A program made the translations under genes and the position numbers. Positions 1 to 8,816 of a stretch of DNA of 24,673 nucleotides are shown one piece after another. Source of the DNA: Crocinitomicaceae bacterium. GTDB taxonomy: Bacteria > Bacteroidota > Bacteroidia > Flavobacteriales_D > Crocinitomicaceae. Numbering within the stretch: position 1 is the stretch's first letter; every line of letters starts with the position of its first letter. The DNA lies in the NCBI GenBank assembly GCA_044349985.1, contig JBILIM010000001.1, forward strand, positions 1-24,673. The letters are read 5' to 3'. A model generated the notes under the pieces. It had not been told where the DNA came from. It made no database searches and saw only the letters and a list, made by a program, of their open reading frames with translations.

Positions 1-2
1 CT

Positions 3-533
3 GGTCCGGGTACACATACCATTTCATACACAATTTCTGGGACATGCGGTGGAACCAGCACCACTACAATTGTTGTTAATCCGAGCTACAGTGCAGTTAT
101 TGCATCAGTAGGTCCCTTTTGTTTGGATGCCAATTCCGTAACATTATCAGCTGTTGACCCAGGTGGTTTTTGGAGTGGTGTAGGCATTACAGATGCAAAT
201 TTAGGAACATTTGATCCGTCTGTTGCAGGCGCAGGTACGCATACCATAACCTATGCCATTTCCGGAACTTGTGGAGATATCCAAACTACAGATATTTTGG
301 TTAATCCTTTAGATGACGCAACAATTACAACAGTACCCGTTCAATGTTTAGGAGCACCAGTTGTTATACTTTCGGCAGTTACAGCCGGAGGAACTTGGTC
401 AGGTCCCGGTATAGTAAACGCTTCTTTAGGACAATTTGACCCAACAGTGGCAGGACCAGGAAATCATGTTATTTCCTACATTACAAGTGGTCCGTGTCCT
501 GATAATGCTTCGATTTCCATACAGGTTTTGGGT
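3..533 (+). repeat. Protein-level tandem repeat, 75-aa (225-nt) period, at least 2.3 copies in the window
   Basis: G(P/A)G(T/N)H(T/V)I(S/T)Y..SG.C starts at nt 3, 228 and 453. The GG.WSG.GI..A.LG.FDP.VAG motifs are also exactly 75 aa apart. Confidence 0.85.
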
Positions 534-1565
534 CCGTTGACACTTCAAGCCAATGGAATGAACACCATTTGTGATGGAGAAACAACGCCACTTAGTGCTT
601 CAGGAAGTGGAGGAGATGGTAATTTGTTTTACAGTTGGTCGGATGAATCTGGAAATGTTGTTGGCTCAGGGACGAACATTAACGTTAGCCCATCAACAAC
701 AACGCTTTACACGGTTACCTTGAGTGATGGTTGCACAACCCCAAATCAGTCGGAATCAGTTCTTATAACCGTTAATCCGATTCCGCTTGTTTCTTTTAAT
801 CCTACAACTGCGCTAGGTTGTGAGCCCTATCAAGCAGTTTTCACAAGCCCAACTTATGGACCCAATGCCACCTGTAGTTGGAATTTTGGAAATGGACAAA
901 CAAGTACTAGTTGTGGAGGTGATTCAACCATGTACAATTTGGCGGGTTGTTACGATGTAACATTAACCGTTACTGAAAATGGCTGTGTAGGAACCCTGTC
1001 TGTTCCTAATGCTGTTTGTGTTGGTGAAAACCCAATAGCCGATTTTGCTGCTTTTCCTGAAACCGTTGAGATTTTTAATCCGGAAATTGAATTTACCAAT
1101 CAGTCTCAAAATGCTGCCATTTATCAGTGGTCTTTCGGTGATGGATTTTACTCCGGAGATGAAAATCCGGTTCACGTCTATCCAGAAGAACCTGCAGGTT
1201 ATGATGTGTGTTTAGTTGCGACCAATGCTCAGGGATGCACAGACACTGTTTGTAACGGGGTACAAATCATAGAGTCTTTGATTTACTACATTCCAAATTC
1301 GTTTACTCCAAATGCGGACGAACACAACCAAACATTCAAACCTACCTTTTACTCTGGAATAGATCCTTTCAATTTTAGTTTAAAAATTTATAATAAGTGG
1401 GGCGAATTGATTTGGGAAACCAAAGACCCGCAAATTGGATGGGATGGAGTTGGGCCAAATGGAATGTTGGTTCAGTCTGGAACTTATGTTTGGACACTTT
1501 TTATGAAATCGAAAGAAAATGACAAAAAGATAACAAACACGGGATATGTCAATGTATTGAAGTGA
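3..1565 (+). CDS. Large secreted protein, 5'-partial: tandem Ig-like repeats, two PKD domains and a T9SS type B (gliding-motility-associated, CHU_C-like) C-terminal domain
   Basis: The frame is open from nt 3 (GPGTHTISYTISGTCGG...); the ORF-track start at 123 is an internal TTG. PKD motifs WNFGNGQTS and WSFGDGFYS..ENPVHVY. The C-terminus YIPNSFTPNADEHNQTFKP...IYNKWGELIWET...WDG...GTYVW...GYVNVLK is typical of type B CTDs. Confidence 0.9.
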   Translation, partial: GPGTHTISYTISGTCGGTSTTTIVVNPSYSAVIASVGPFCLDANSVTLSAVDPGGFWSGVGITDANLGTFDPSVAGAGTHTITYAISGTCGDIQTTDILVNPLDDATITTVPVQCLGAPVVILSAVTAGGTWSGPGIVNASLGQFDPTVAGPGNHVISYITSGPCPDNASISIQVLGPLTLQANGMNTICDGETTPLSASGSGGDGNLFYSWSDESGNVVGSGTNINVSPSTTTLYTVTLSDGCTTPNQSESVLITVNPIPLVSFNPTTALGCEPYQAVFTSPTYGPNATCSWNFGNGQTSTSCGGDSTMYNLAGCYDVTLTVTENGCVGTLSVPNAVCVGENPIADFAAFPETVEIFNPEIEFTNQSQNAAIYQWSFGDGFYSGDENPVHVYPEEPAGYDVCLVATNAQGCTDTVCNGVQIIESLIYYIPNSFTPNADEHNQTFKPTFYSGIDPFNFSLKIYNKWGELIWETKDPQIGWDGVGPNGMLVQSGTYVWTLFMKSKENDKKITNTGYVNVLK

Positions 1566-1643
1566 TAGTGGCGTTTGGTTAAAACACGTTTTATAAATTG
1601 GGATTAAATGATATTAATTTTAAATTTACGCTAAACAATTAAA

Positions 1644-2927
1644 ATGTCATTTTCACCTGGCGCCAAAGGATGGATAAACAAGTATTTTGACTTAGTCAAC
1701 AATCAAACTATATCGCTTTCCTTTGATCAGCCTGAAGACCATTCTCTTGAATCTTTTTTACATGCGTACATTGGAGAAACGGGTTTAATATTTGGCTATC
1801 CAACCCAATTATTATTTGCTAAAGAAGTGAATGATAAATACTGGACTACGGATGAAAAGTTGAAAATACTTGTTTTTGAAGCCCAATTGTTGGCGTATCT
1901 GCTAAATAATCACGATAAGCCATTTGAAAAGGATGTTTTTATCGGTTCTTTAAAGGCATTTTATGATAAACATGACGCATCGTCGATAAAAAAACTGAAG
2001 TCTTTTTTTGTTAAACAAAACAATATTGAGTTTTTAGAGTCAGCTATTGCAAAACGGATTGAGATTAAATCTAACATTTTGGAAAGCAATTTATGGATAA
2101 ACTATATTAATAATTGTTTTATTTTTCTCGATGTTATCCTTTATAATGACTTTTTAAAGAATGATGAAAAACCTGTATCAAAGAATTATGAAGCGCTTGC
2201 ACTAGAAGCACTCGGTATAATAACAATGGCGGCCTATTCTGATGGAGAGGTAGAAAAACAAGAGGAATATTTTTTTAAGGTTTTTTTAGCTTCCGCAAAT
2301 CTTCAAGAAACGCAAAAGGATGTTGCGATTTGGAGATTTAATAAGGGAATGAATTTCAAAGACCTTAGCGGAGTAGCAAATAAAAACTGGATGTATCGGC
2401 ACTTTGTTCTTGATTTGGCCACTTTAGTCATCATGTCAAATCACGATACGGCAAAGGAAGAACGTTTATTTTTAAAGGAACTTATAGAATACCTTAATTT
2501 TTCAGAAAATGAATTGAATCGCTCAATGGCATTGTCAGAGCAATTTATTTTAAATAATCACAATAAAATCCCCCTTCTAAAAAACAGCTCTTCGGTTGAA
2601 AAAATATATTCAAGTTTTTCGAAAAGGTGGGTAAAAATACTTGGACGAAATAAAGATAAATTGGCGCTTGAGTTGAAGCAGAGTAAAGAACTTGTGAGTT
2701 TAATTAGAAAATCTACTTCAACGGAGTTAACGAAAGAGGAAAAAGAATTGGTTAAAACACAATTCAAGGATATTGTAAAATCAATGCCATCTCTTGCCAT
2801 ATTTATGTTGCCTGGTGGAACGGTATTGTTGCCGCTTTTAGTTAAAATAGTTCCTGATATTTTGCCATCAGCATTTAGGGATAATGAGGTTGAAGATCAA
2901 AAAGAAAAACCAAAGAATTTAGAATAA
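1644..2927 (+). CDS. LETM1-related (biofilm-associated family) protein with TerB-like central region
   Basis: The C-terminal KDIVKSMPSLAIFMLPGGTVLLPLLVKIVPDILPSAF resembles the LETM1 membrane segment. Central AYSDGEVEKQE and ERLFLKELIEYL resemble TerB-like motifs. Confidence 0.7.
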   Translation: MSFSPGAKGWINKYFDLVNNQTISLSFDQPEDHSLESFLHAYIGETGLIFGYPTQLLFAKEVNDKYWTTDEKLKILVFEAQLLAYLLNNHDKPFEKDVFIGSLKAFYDKHDASSIKKLKSFFVKQNNIEFLESAIAKRIEIKSNILESNLWINYINNCFIFLDVILYNDFLKNDEKPVSKNYEALALEALGIITMAAYSDGEVEKQEEYFFKVFLASANLQETQKDVAIWRFNKGMNFKDLSGVANKNWMYRHFVLDLATLVIMSNHDTAKEERLFLKELIEYLNFSENELNRSMALSEQFILNNHNKIPLLKNSSSVEKIYSSFSKRWVKILGRNKDKLALELKQSKELVSLIRKSTSTELTKEEKELVKTQFKDIVKSMPSLAIFMLPGGTVLLPLLVKIVPDILPSAFRDNEVEDQKEKPKNLE

Positions 2928-2940
2928 ATAAGAATCCGAT

Positions 2941-3693
2941 ATGAAAAAGTTTTTTGTATTAATTATTTTATTTTCCAATTCGGTGTTTGCGCAAACGGAT
3001 TGTGTGGATTTAAACGTATACACAACACAATACCTAGAATTTGTTACAAATGATGACAGTTCATTTCCAGTAGGGTCCTCATTTTTAACATCATCGGGAA
3101 ACGGTTGGATAAATTATATCAAATTGGATAATGCCGATACTTACGATAGTATTGTTGGAAATGTTATGCACTTTTCAGGTGGAGTTGGAATAAACGTTGC
3201 TGGTCCGCTATGTTCCAATAGAACGCTAACTTTTTCTTCTGGAAATTTGAATGAATTAAGGGTTGATGGTACAGTTATTTTTAATCAGGGAAACCCGCAA
3301 AATCAGTTTATAGGTACAAATTATACTGTGAATTGGAACGGTGGTGAAACATTTGAAATTATCGGAGAGTATCAGCTTATCAGTCTTTTTGGGAATCAAA
3401 ACACCCTATACGATGTATGTTTTGTATGTGAAGGCTTAGGATTGACTCAAGACGTAATAAATTATTTAGTTTATCCGAATCCTGTAACGGATTACTTATA
3501 CATTAAATGTTCAGATGCTGTAACAAGTGTTGATGTTTTGGATATTTCCGGTAAAGTTATTTTATCAGAAAAAGTAATTGGAAGCACTTCTGAAATCAAT
3601 ACGTCTTCATTGAAAGTTGGCATTTATCATGTGCGGTTTATGCAGGATAATGGTGAATTTTTGTATTTCAAAATTATTAAAAGCGTTTTATAG
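2941..3693 (+). CDS. Secreted protein with T9SS type A sorting domain; N-terminal domain not recognised
   Basis: Signal peptide MKKFFVLIILFSNSVFA. C-terminal VYPNPVTDYLYI...DISGKVI...SLKVGIYHV...FKIIK. Confidence 0.85.
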   Translation: MKKFFVLIILFSNSVFAQTDCVDLNVYTTQYLEFVTNDDSSFPVGSSFLTSSGNGWINYIKLDNADTYDSIVGNVMHFSGGVGINVAGPLCSNRTLTFSSGNLNELRVDGTVIFNQGNPQNQFIGTNYTVNWNGGETFEIIGEYQLISLFGNQNTLYDVCFVCEGLGLTQDVINYLVYPNPVTDYLYIKCSDAVTSVDVLDISGKVILSEKVIGSTSEINTSSLKVGIYHVRFMQDNGEFLYFKIIKSVL

Positions 3694-3714
3694 ACTTTTT
3701 AGAATTTCAGTTGA

Positions 3715-4527
3715 ATGCTTATGAATACAAGACACGTTTTTTTACTTTCCATTTTTTTAACTCATCAATTTTTTTCCTTTGGTGCAGCACTTTCGATCGA
3801 AGGCTCCTATCAGGGTAAAAATTTATACGTTCAAAACCCAATGTCGGATGATGGCTTTGGTTACTGTGTAACGAAAGTTACCGTTAATGGTGATGTTTTA
3901 CCAGGAGCCATTGGTTCGAGCGCTTTTGAAATAAATTTTTCATTTTTCAATTTAACTATTGGTGACCCCTTATTTATTGTAATTGAACATAATGATGGTT
4001 GCATTCCAACAATATTGAACCCTGAAGTACTTTTACCAAAAAGCACGTTCGAAACCGAATCCATTGTGGTTGATAACAATGGCAATTTAATTTGGAAAAC
4101 GACCAAGGAAGATGGAAAATTGACGTATCATATCGAGCAGTTTAAATGGAACAAATGGGTAGTTGTAGGTGAGGTTCAAGGTAAAGGAACATCGAATTTG
4201 AATGCATACGAATTTAGTGTTTCACCACATTTTGGCTTGAATACCTTGCGAGTAAGTCAAACAGACCATTCAGGATCTAAACGCGTTTCCCCCGAGGTGA
4301 AATTTACTTCAAGTGCAAAAAAAATCACCAAGAGTCCTGTAAAAGTAAAGGACTACATTTATTTCTATGTGGATGGAAATGAAGCGGAAACCCAGTATGA
4401 AATTTTTGATGCCTATGGAAACCTAGTGAAACAAGGGCTGGATTCTAAAATCGATTGTTCCAATTTGTTGAGTGGAGCATATTATATCAATTTCGATAAT
4501 GTAAATGAAAAGTTCATAAAAAATTAA
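3715..4527 (+). CDS. Secreted hypothetical protein with degenerate T9SS type A-like C-terminus
   Basis: N-terminal hydrophobic signal. C-terminal YEIFDAYGNLVKQG...IDCSNLLSGAYYINF...EKFIK, lacking the usual YPNP. The start could be the ATG at 3715 or at 3721. Confidence 0.7.
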   Translation: MLMNTRHVFLLSIFLTHQFFSFGAALSIEGSYQGKNLYVQNPMSDDGFGYCVTKVTVNGDVLPGAIGSSAFEINFSFFNLTIGDPLFIVIEHNDGCIPTILNPEVLLPKSTFETESIVVDNNGNLIWKTTKEDGKLTYHIEQFKWNKWVVVGEVQGKGTSNLNAYEFSVSPHFGLNTLRVSQTDHSGSKRVSPEVKFTSSAKKITKSPVKVKDYIYFYVDGNEAETQYEIFDAYGNLVKQGLDSKIDCSNLLSGAYYINFDNVNEKFIKN

Positions 4528-4529
4528 TT

Positions 4530-4934
4530 ATGGTTAGGAAATTAGAACATATCGGAATCGCTGTGGATAATATTGAACAGTCTCTGAAAATTTACGAAGA
4601 AGTGTTGGGTTCGAAGTGTTATAAAACAGAAGTCGTGGTGAGTGAGGCGGTAAAAACTGCATTTATTGCAATAGGGGAATCGAAAATAGAACTTTTGGAG
4701 GCGACTTCATCAGATTCGCCAATAGCACAATTTTTAAATAAAAAGGGTAAGGGAATTCATCACATCGCATTTGATGTAGATAATTTAGAAAAGGAGTTAG
4801 AACGTCTTTCAAAACTAGGCTACCAACTCATTCATAAAAGTCCGAAGAATGGCGCTGACAATAAAATGATTGCCTTTTTACATCCAAAATCAACAGATGG
4901 GGTGTTAATTGAATTGTGCCAAGATAAAGTCTAA
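4530..4934 (+). CDS. mce: Methylmalonyl-CoA epimerase (VOC fold)
   Basis: EHIGIAV, V.TAF, KIELLE, GIHHIAFDV, AFLHPKSTDGVLIELCQ. Confidence 0.92.
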   Translation: MVRKLEHIGIAVDNIEQSLKIYEEVLGSKCYKTEVVVSEAVKTAFIAIGESKIELLEATSSDSPIAQFLNKKGKGIHHIAFDVDNLEKELERLSKLGYQLIHKSPKNGADNKMIAFLHPKSTDGVLIELCQDKV

Positions 4935-5528
4935 TTCTAAACTGCTGTTCTGTTGGTGTAAAATTGTTTTTAGTCCAGCAAGCTTGGCCCCCTCAATATG
5001 TTGAATAGAGTCATCGATAAAAAGTGTTTTTGATGGAGTCAAATTGTTTTCATTGCATACCAGGTTAAAGATTTCTACAGATGGTTTGCGTATTCCTATG
5101 AGATGGGAATAATAGGTTTGATCAAAATAGGCATCCAGAGGTGTTGAGCTTATTTTAGCCCACGCCACTTTTACTTTATCTAAATGCAGGGCATTCGTAT
5201 TGCTTAATAGGTATAGATTAACGCTTTTTCTCAGTTTAATTAAATTGTCGAGTTTCTCTTTTTTAAATTCCAAAATCATCGCGTTCCAAGCGTTAACGAT
5301 ATGGTTAGGGTTACACGCAACAGGAACATAGTTTAATACTTCATTGATAAACCTTTGAGTGGATATCTTTCCTGTTTCATAAGCGTCAAAAATGCCAGTC
5401 TGATTGGCTTGACTGTAAAGGGTCTTAAAGTCAGTAACTCCTAATTTTTCAAATGCGTTAATGGTGAGTTGATAATTGAGATCTATTAAGACTCCACCTA
5501 AATCAAATACAATAGAATGAGCTTTCAT
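4905..5528 (-). CDS. HAD-superfamily phosphatase (YihX-like)
   Basis: Motif I FDLGGVLID, motif II LSNTN, motif III RKP, motif IV FIDD. Confidence 0.9.
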   Translation of the reverse strand: MKAHSIVFDLGGVLIDLNYQLTINAFEKLGVTDFKTLYSQANQTGIFDAYETGKISTQRFINEVLNYVPVACNPNHIVNAWNAMILEFKKEKLDNLIKLRKSVNLYLLSNTNALHLDKVKVAWAKISSTPLDAYFDQTYYSHLIGIRKPSVEIFNLVCNENNLTPSKTLFIDDSIQHIEGAKLAGLKTILHQQNSSLELDFILAQFN

Positions 5529-5539
5529 TTTACGAAAAT

Positions 5540-5567
5540 AAAAAAGGATGAGCGTAACCCATCCTTT
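5540..5567 (-). terminator. Intrinsic terminator of the yceI-like gene
   Basis: Minus strand AAAGGATGGG-TTACG-CTCATCCTTT (one G-U pair) running into a U tract, about 20 nt after the stop codon. Confidence 0.75.
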
Positions 5568-5588
5568 AATTTATTTAAGTTGAAAAAT

Positions 5589-6170
5589 TTATTTTTTCAA
5601 AAGGAGATTCATATCAAATTCGAAGATTGGACTAATTGCTTTATCTTCTGGCATTGAAGGCTTTAACCCTTCCATATTTAATGCGGTAACATCTAAATTA
5701 AACGTTCCAGAAATTTCAACTCCATCATCAGTAATTGCTAAGGTAACAGGAATGTCTTGCTTAATTTCTTTTCCAAGTAAATTGATGGTAGTAGCCAATT
5801 TTCCATCTTTGTATCCACTTACAGTTACATCAACAGTTGGGAATTTTGAAGCAAAGAAAAATGCTGTATCTTTGAGGTGTGTTGAAAGCATTGCTTTTTT
5901 ATCTTCCGGCAATGTAGTGTCTTCTGCAACTACAGTATTCATATCAATTTTGAATGACCCGCTAATAAGGTTGTCGCCTTCCATTTCAATTTTTCCTTCA
6001 GTTACTTTTACGGATCCAACGTGAAAATAACTAGAGTCCTTACTTCCTTTCCATTTCAAAGTTGATGCTTTAGCATCTAAATTGTAAGCTGTCTTTTCAG
6101 CTGCTGTCTTTTCTTCACCACCGCAAGAAACCAATCCTAAAGCGACAATTGCAATCATTAAAAATCTCAT
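5589..6170 (-). CDS. YceI-family lipoprotein
   Basis: Lipobox LVSC. YceI motifs LDAKASTLKWKG, G.F.IDM..V, L..HLK...FF...KFP, LLGK. Confidence 0.88.
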   Translation of the reverse strand: MRFLMIAIVALGLVSCGGEEKTAAEKTAYNLDAKASTLKWKGSKDSSYFHVGSVKVTEGKIEMEGDNLISGSFKIDMNTVVAEDTTLPEDKKAMLSTHLKDTAFFFASKFPTVDVTVSGYKDGKLATTINLLGKEIKQDIPVTLAITDDGVEISGTFNLDVTALNMEGLKPSMPEDKAISPIFEFDMNLLLKK

Positions 6171-6194
6171 ATTCTTTATGTTTTATATTGAGTG

Positions 6195-6213
6195 CAAATA
6201 TAAATCAAATATA
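6195..6213 (-). promoter_or_regulatory. Two tandem Bacteroidota -7 elements (TATATTTG) upstream of the yceI-like gene
   Basis: CAAATATA on the plus strand at 6195-6202 and 6206-6213; no clear -33 element. Confidence 0.5.
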
Positions 6214-6278
6214 TTTACCACGGTAATAAAAACGAGGAAATTTAATTTACCTGTTTTTTATATAACTTTAAACAAAAA

Positions 6279-7040
6279 ATGAAGCTTTTTGTTGACAGTA
6301 GCTTGTATTTCGATACTTCAAAACCCATAGATATCTCTATATCTTTAAAGCAAGAGGGGCCGCATTTAAAAGCATGGTATTTAGAAAATCCTGAGATTAC
6401 GCCTGTAATGGAGAATGGTTTTGTTGGATCGGTTGCTTTGGGTGGTGTTGTGAATTTCCGCAATATTTTTTTCAACCCACATGGACATTTAACCCATACG
6501 GAATGCTTAGGGCATATTACCAAAGAAGTATATTCAGTTAATAAAGTACTTGATTCGTATTTTTTTAAGGCACAATTGATTTCAGTATTTCCAGAAGAAA
6601 ATTATAATGAAGCGTATGGGGTAAAAGATAAGGTAATTACACACGAACAACTTCAACATTTAGAGATTGAGAAAGGAGTAGAAGCCATAGTTCTGAGAAC
6701 TTATCCGAATCAAGATGAAAAAAAAGCATTGAATTATTCTGACACCAATCCGCCCTATTTATTGCCTGAGGCAATATCGTTTTTTAATCAATATGCCATA
6801 AAACATTTACTTATAGATTTACCTTCTGTAGATCGTGAATCGGATGGAGGCAAACTTTTATTTCATCATGCATTTTGGGGTGTTCCTGATAATTTGAATT
6901 TTGAACGCACCATAACAGAATTCGTTTATGTGGATTCGGAGATAAAGGATGGCGTTTATATTTTAGAGTTACAAACGGCTCCCTTTGAGAATGATGCTGC
7001 TCCATCTAGACCAATTTTGTATGAATTATGTGAGCAGTAA
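6279..7040 (+). CDS. Cyclase-family metal-dependent hydrolase (kynurenine formamidase-like)
   Basis: HGHLTHTECLGH (variant of HxGTHxDxPxH), IDLPSVD, HHAFW, ITE, DAAPSRP. Confidence 0.8.
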   Translation: MKLFVDSSLYFDTSKPIDISISLKQEGPHLKAWYLENPEITPVMENGFVGSVALGGVVNFRNIFFNPHGHLTHTECLGHITKEVYSVNKVLDSYFFKAQLISVFPEENYNEAYGVKDKVITHEQLQHLEIEKGVEAIVLRTYPNQDEKKALNYSDTNPPYLLPEAISFFNQYAIKHLLIDLPSVDRESDGGKLLFHHAFWGVPDNLNFERTITEFVYVDSEIKDGVYILELQTAPFENDAAPSRPILYELCEQ

Positions 7041-7092
7041 ATAGTAAATAGGATGTTCTAATAATTTTTTCCAAGCAATCAAAACCGGTCAT

Positions 7093-7123
7093 AAAAAAAA
7101 TGGCTGTCAATTTTGACAGCCAT
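7093..7123 (-). terminator. Intrinsic terminator of recA
   Basis: Inverted repeat ATGGCTGTCAA (7100-7110) / TTGACAGCCAT (7113-7123), followed on the minus strand by a U run, 15 nt after the recA stop. Confidence 0.85.
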
Positions 7124-7137
7124 CCTTCGATATGCAG

Positions 7138-8160
7138 TTAGTCTTGGACGCTCATTACTGTTGATCCAAGAGCTTCTTTAATTTTTAATTCAAGTTCATC
7201 CATTAATTCAGGATTGTCTGCAATAATTTGTTTTACAGAATCTCGACCTTGACCAAGGCGTGTTTCTCCATATGAAAACCAAGAACCACTTTTCTTCAAA
7301 ATGTTGAGTTCTACACCAAGATCAATAACTTCACCAACTTTAGAGATACCTTCTCCATACATGATATCAAATTCTGCTTTTTTAAATGGTGGCGCAACTT
7401 TATTTTTAACAATTTTTACTTTTACGCGATTACCCATTGCTTCATCGCCTTCTTTGATTTGTGTAGATTTTCGGATGTCTACACGAATGGATGCATAAAA
7501 TTTTAACGCATTACCTCCTGTTGTTGTTTCTGGATTACCAAACATAACTCCGATTTTATCTCGAAGTTGATTGATGAAAATGCAACACGTTCCTGCTTTA
7601 TTTATTGAGGCAGTTAATTTTCGTAATGCCTTAGACATTAATCTCGCTTGCAGTCCCATTTGTGAATCGCCCATTTCGCCCTCTATTTCAGCTTTCGGAG
7701 TTAACGCTGCTACAGAGTCTATAACGATTAAATCGATTGCGCCGGAACGGATTAAATTATCTGCAATTTCAAGTGCCTGTTCTCCATTATCTGGTTGTGA
7801 AATCAATAAATTATCTATATCTACACCTAATTTTTTTGCGTAAAATTGATCAAATGCATGTTCAGCATCTATAAAAGCAGCAATACCTCCTTGTTTTTGT
7901 ACTTCAGCTATGGCATGTATTGCTAAAGTTGTTTTTCCTGATGATTCTGGTCCATATATTTCAACAACCCTTCCTTTTGGATAACCTTCTACGCCCAGAG
8001 CCAAATCTAATGCAATTGAACCTGTAGGAATAACATCTACTTTTTCAACAGCAGAATCGCCTAATTTCATTACCGCTCCTTTACCATACGTTTTATCTAA
8101 TTTCTCCATAGTAAGTTGGAGTGCTTTTAATTTTTCTGCATTTACTTCTTTAACTGACAT
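7138..8160 (-). CDS. recA: Recombinase A
   Basis: Walker [53 protein letters not shown]. Confidence 0.99.
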   Translation of the reverse strand: MSVKEVNAEKLKALQLTMEKLDKTYGKGAVMKLGDSAVEKVDVIPTGSIALDLALGVEGYPKGRVVEIYGPESSGKTTLAIHAIAEVQKQGGIAAFIDAEHAFDQFYAKKLGVDIDNLLISQPDNGEQALEIADNLIRSGAIDLIVIDSVAALTPKAEIEGEMGDSQMGLQARLMSKALRKLTASINKAGTCCIFINQLRDKIGVMFGNPETTTGGNALKFYASIRVDIRKSTQIKEGDEAMGNRVKVKIVKNKVAPPFKKAEFDIMYGEGISKVGEVIDLGVELNILKKSGSWFSYGETRLGQGRDSVKQIIADNPELMDELELKIKEALGSTVMSVQD

Positions 8161-8205
8161 ATCGAATTGTTTTAAGGTTAGTACCTATTTATTTTAATTA
8201 TACTG

Positions 8206-8213
8206 CAAATTTA
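8206..8213 (-). promoter_or_regulatory. -7 element (TAAATTTG) of the putative recA promoter
   Basis: CAAATTTA on the plus strand, 45 nt upstream of the recA ATG. A TTG lies 17 nt further upstream, a shorter spacer than canonical. Confidence 0.55.
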
Positions 8214-8222
8214 TAATGGGTA

Positions 8223-8241
8223 ATCGTAAACAATTTACGAT
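8223..8241. promoter_or_regulatory. Perfect palindrome ATCGTAAA-CAA-TTTACGAT, candidate operator upstream of recA
   Basis: Exact 8-bp arms with a 3-nt spacer. No U tract on the bcp (minus) strand. Overlaps the expected -33 region. Confidence 0.4.
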
Positions 8242-8249
8242 CATGGTAA

Positions 8250-8711
8250 TTATTTGAAAAAACGCACAACTTCTTCAGCGTGGTCTTTTGTATTTGGTTT
8301 ATTAATAACCCCAATAATTTCATGATTTTCATTTAAAACGAATGTTGTACGATGGATGCCTATATATTCCTTTCCCATGAATTTTTTAGGACCCCAAACG
8401 CCATATGATTTTAAAATTTCTTGATTCGTATCGGCAATCAATGGAAAGGGTAAATTGAATTTTTCAGCAAATTTTTTGTGTGATTGCACGTTATCCGCAC
8501 TAACACCTATTATTTGAACATTAAAGGATTTTAGTAAAGCATCATTGTCTCTTAAATTACATGCTTGTGTTGTACAGCCCGGTGTATTATCCTTTGGATA
8601 AAAATAAATTGCTATGCGTTTCCCTTTAAATTGTTCCAGGGTCACATGCTCTTCATTTTGAGACAATCCGTTAAAATCTGGAGCTTTATCTCCTACTTTC
8701 AATACGTTCAT
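8250..8711 (-). CDS. bcp: Thioredoxin-dependent peroxiredoxin (BCP/PrxQ)
   Basis: YFYPKDNTPGCTTQACNLRD, GVSAD, RTTFVL. Confidence 0.95.
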   Translation of the reverse strand: MNVLKVGDKAPDFNGLSQNEEHVTLEQFKGKRIAIYFYPKDNTPGCTTQACNLRDNDALLKSFNVQIIGVSADNVQSHKKFAEKFNLPFPLIADTNQEILKSYGVWGPKKFMGKEYIGIHRTTFVLNENHEIIGVINKPNTKDHAEEVVRFFK

Positions 8712-8750
8712 AACGCTAAATTTTTAAACACTAATTGACGAATAATTAAT

Positions 8751-8782
8751 CAAATATACTTGATATTTATATATGAGACAAA
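8751..8782 (-). promoter_or_regulatory. Canonical Bacteroidota primary-sigma promoter of bcp
   Basis: Minus strand TTTG (8782-8779), 20-nt spacer, TATATTTG (8758-8751). Confidence 0.7.
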
Positions 8783-8816
8783 ATAATTCGTTGAAATGTT
8801 TAAAAATGATTAAATC

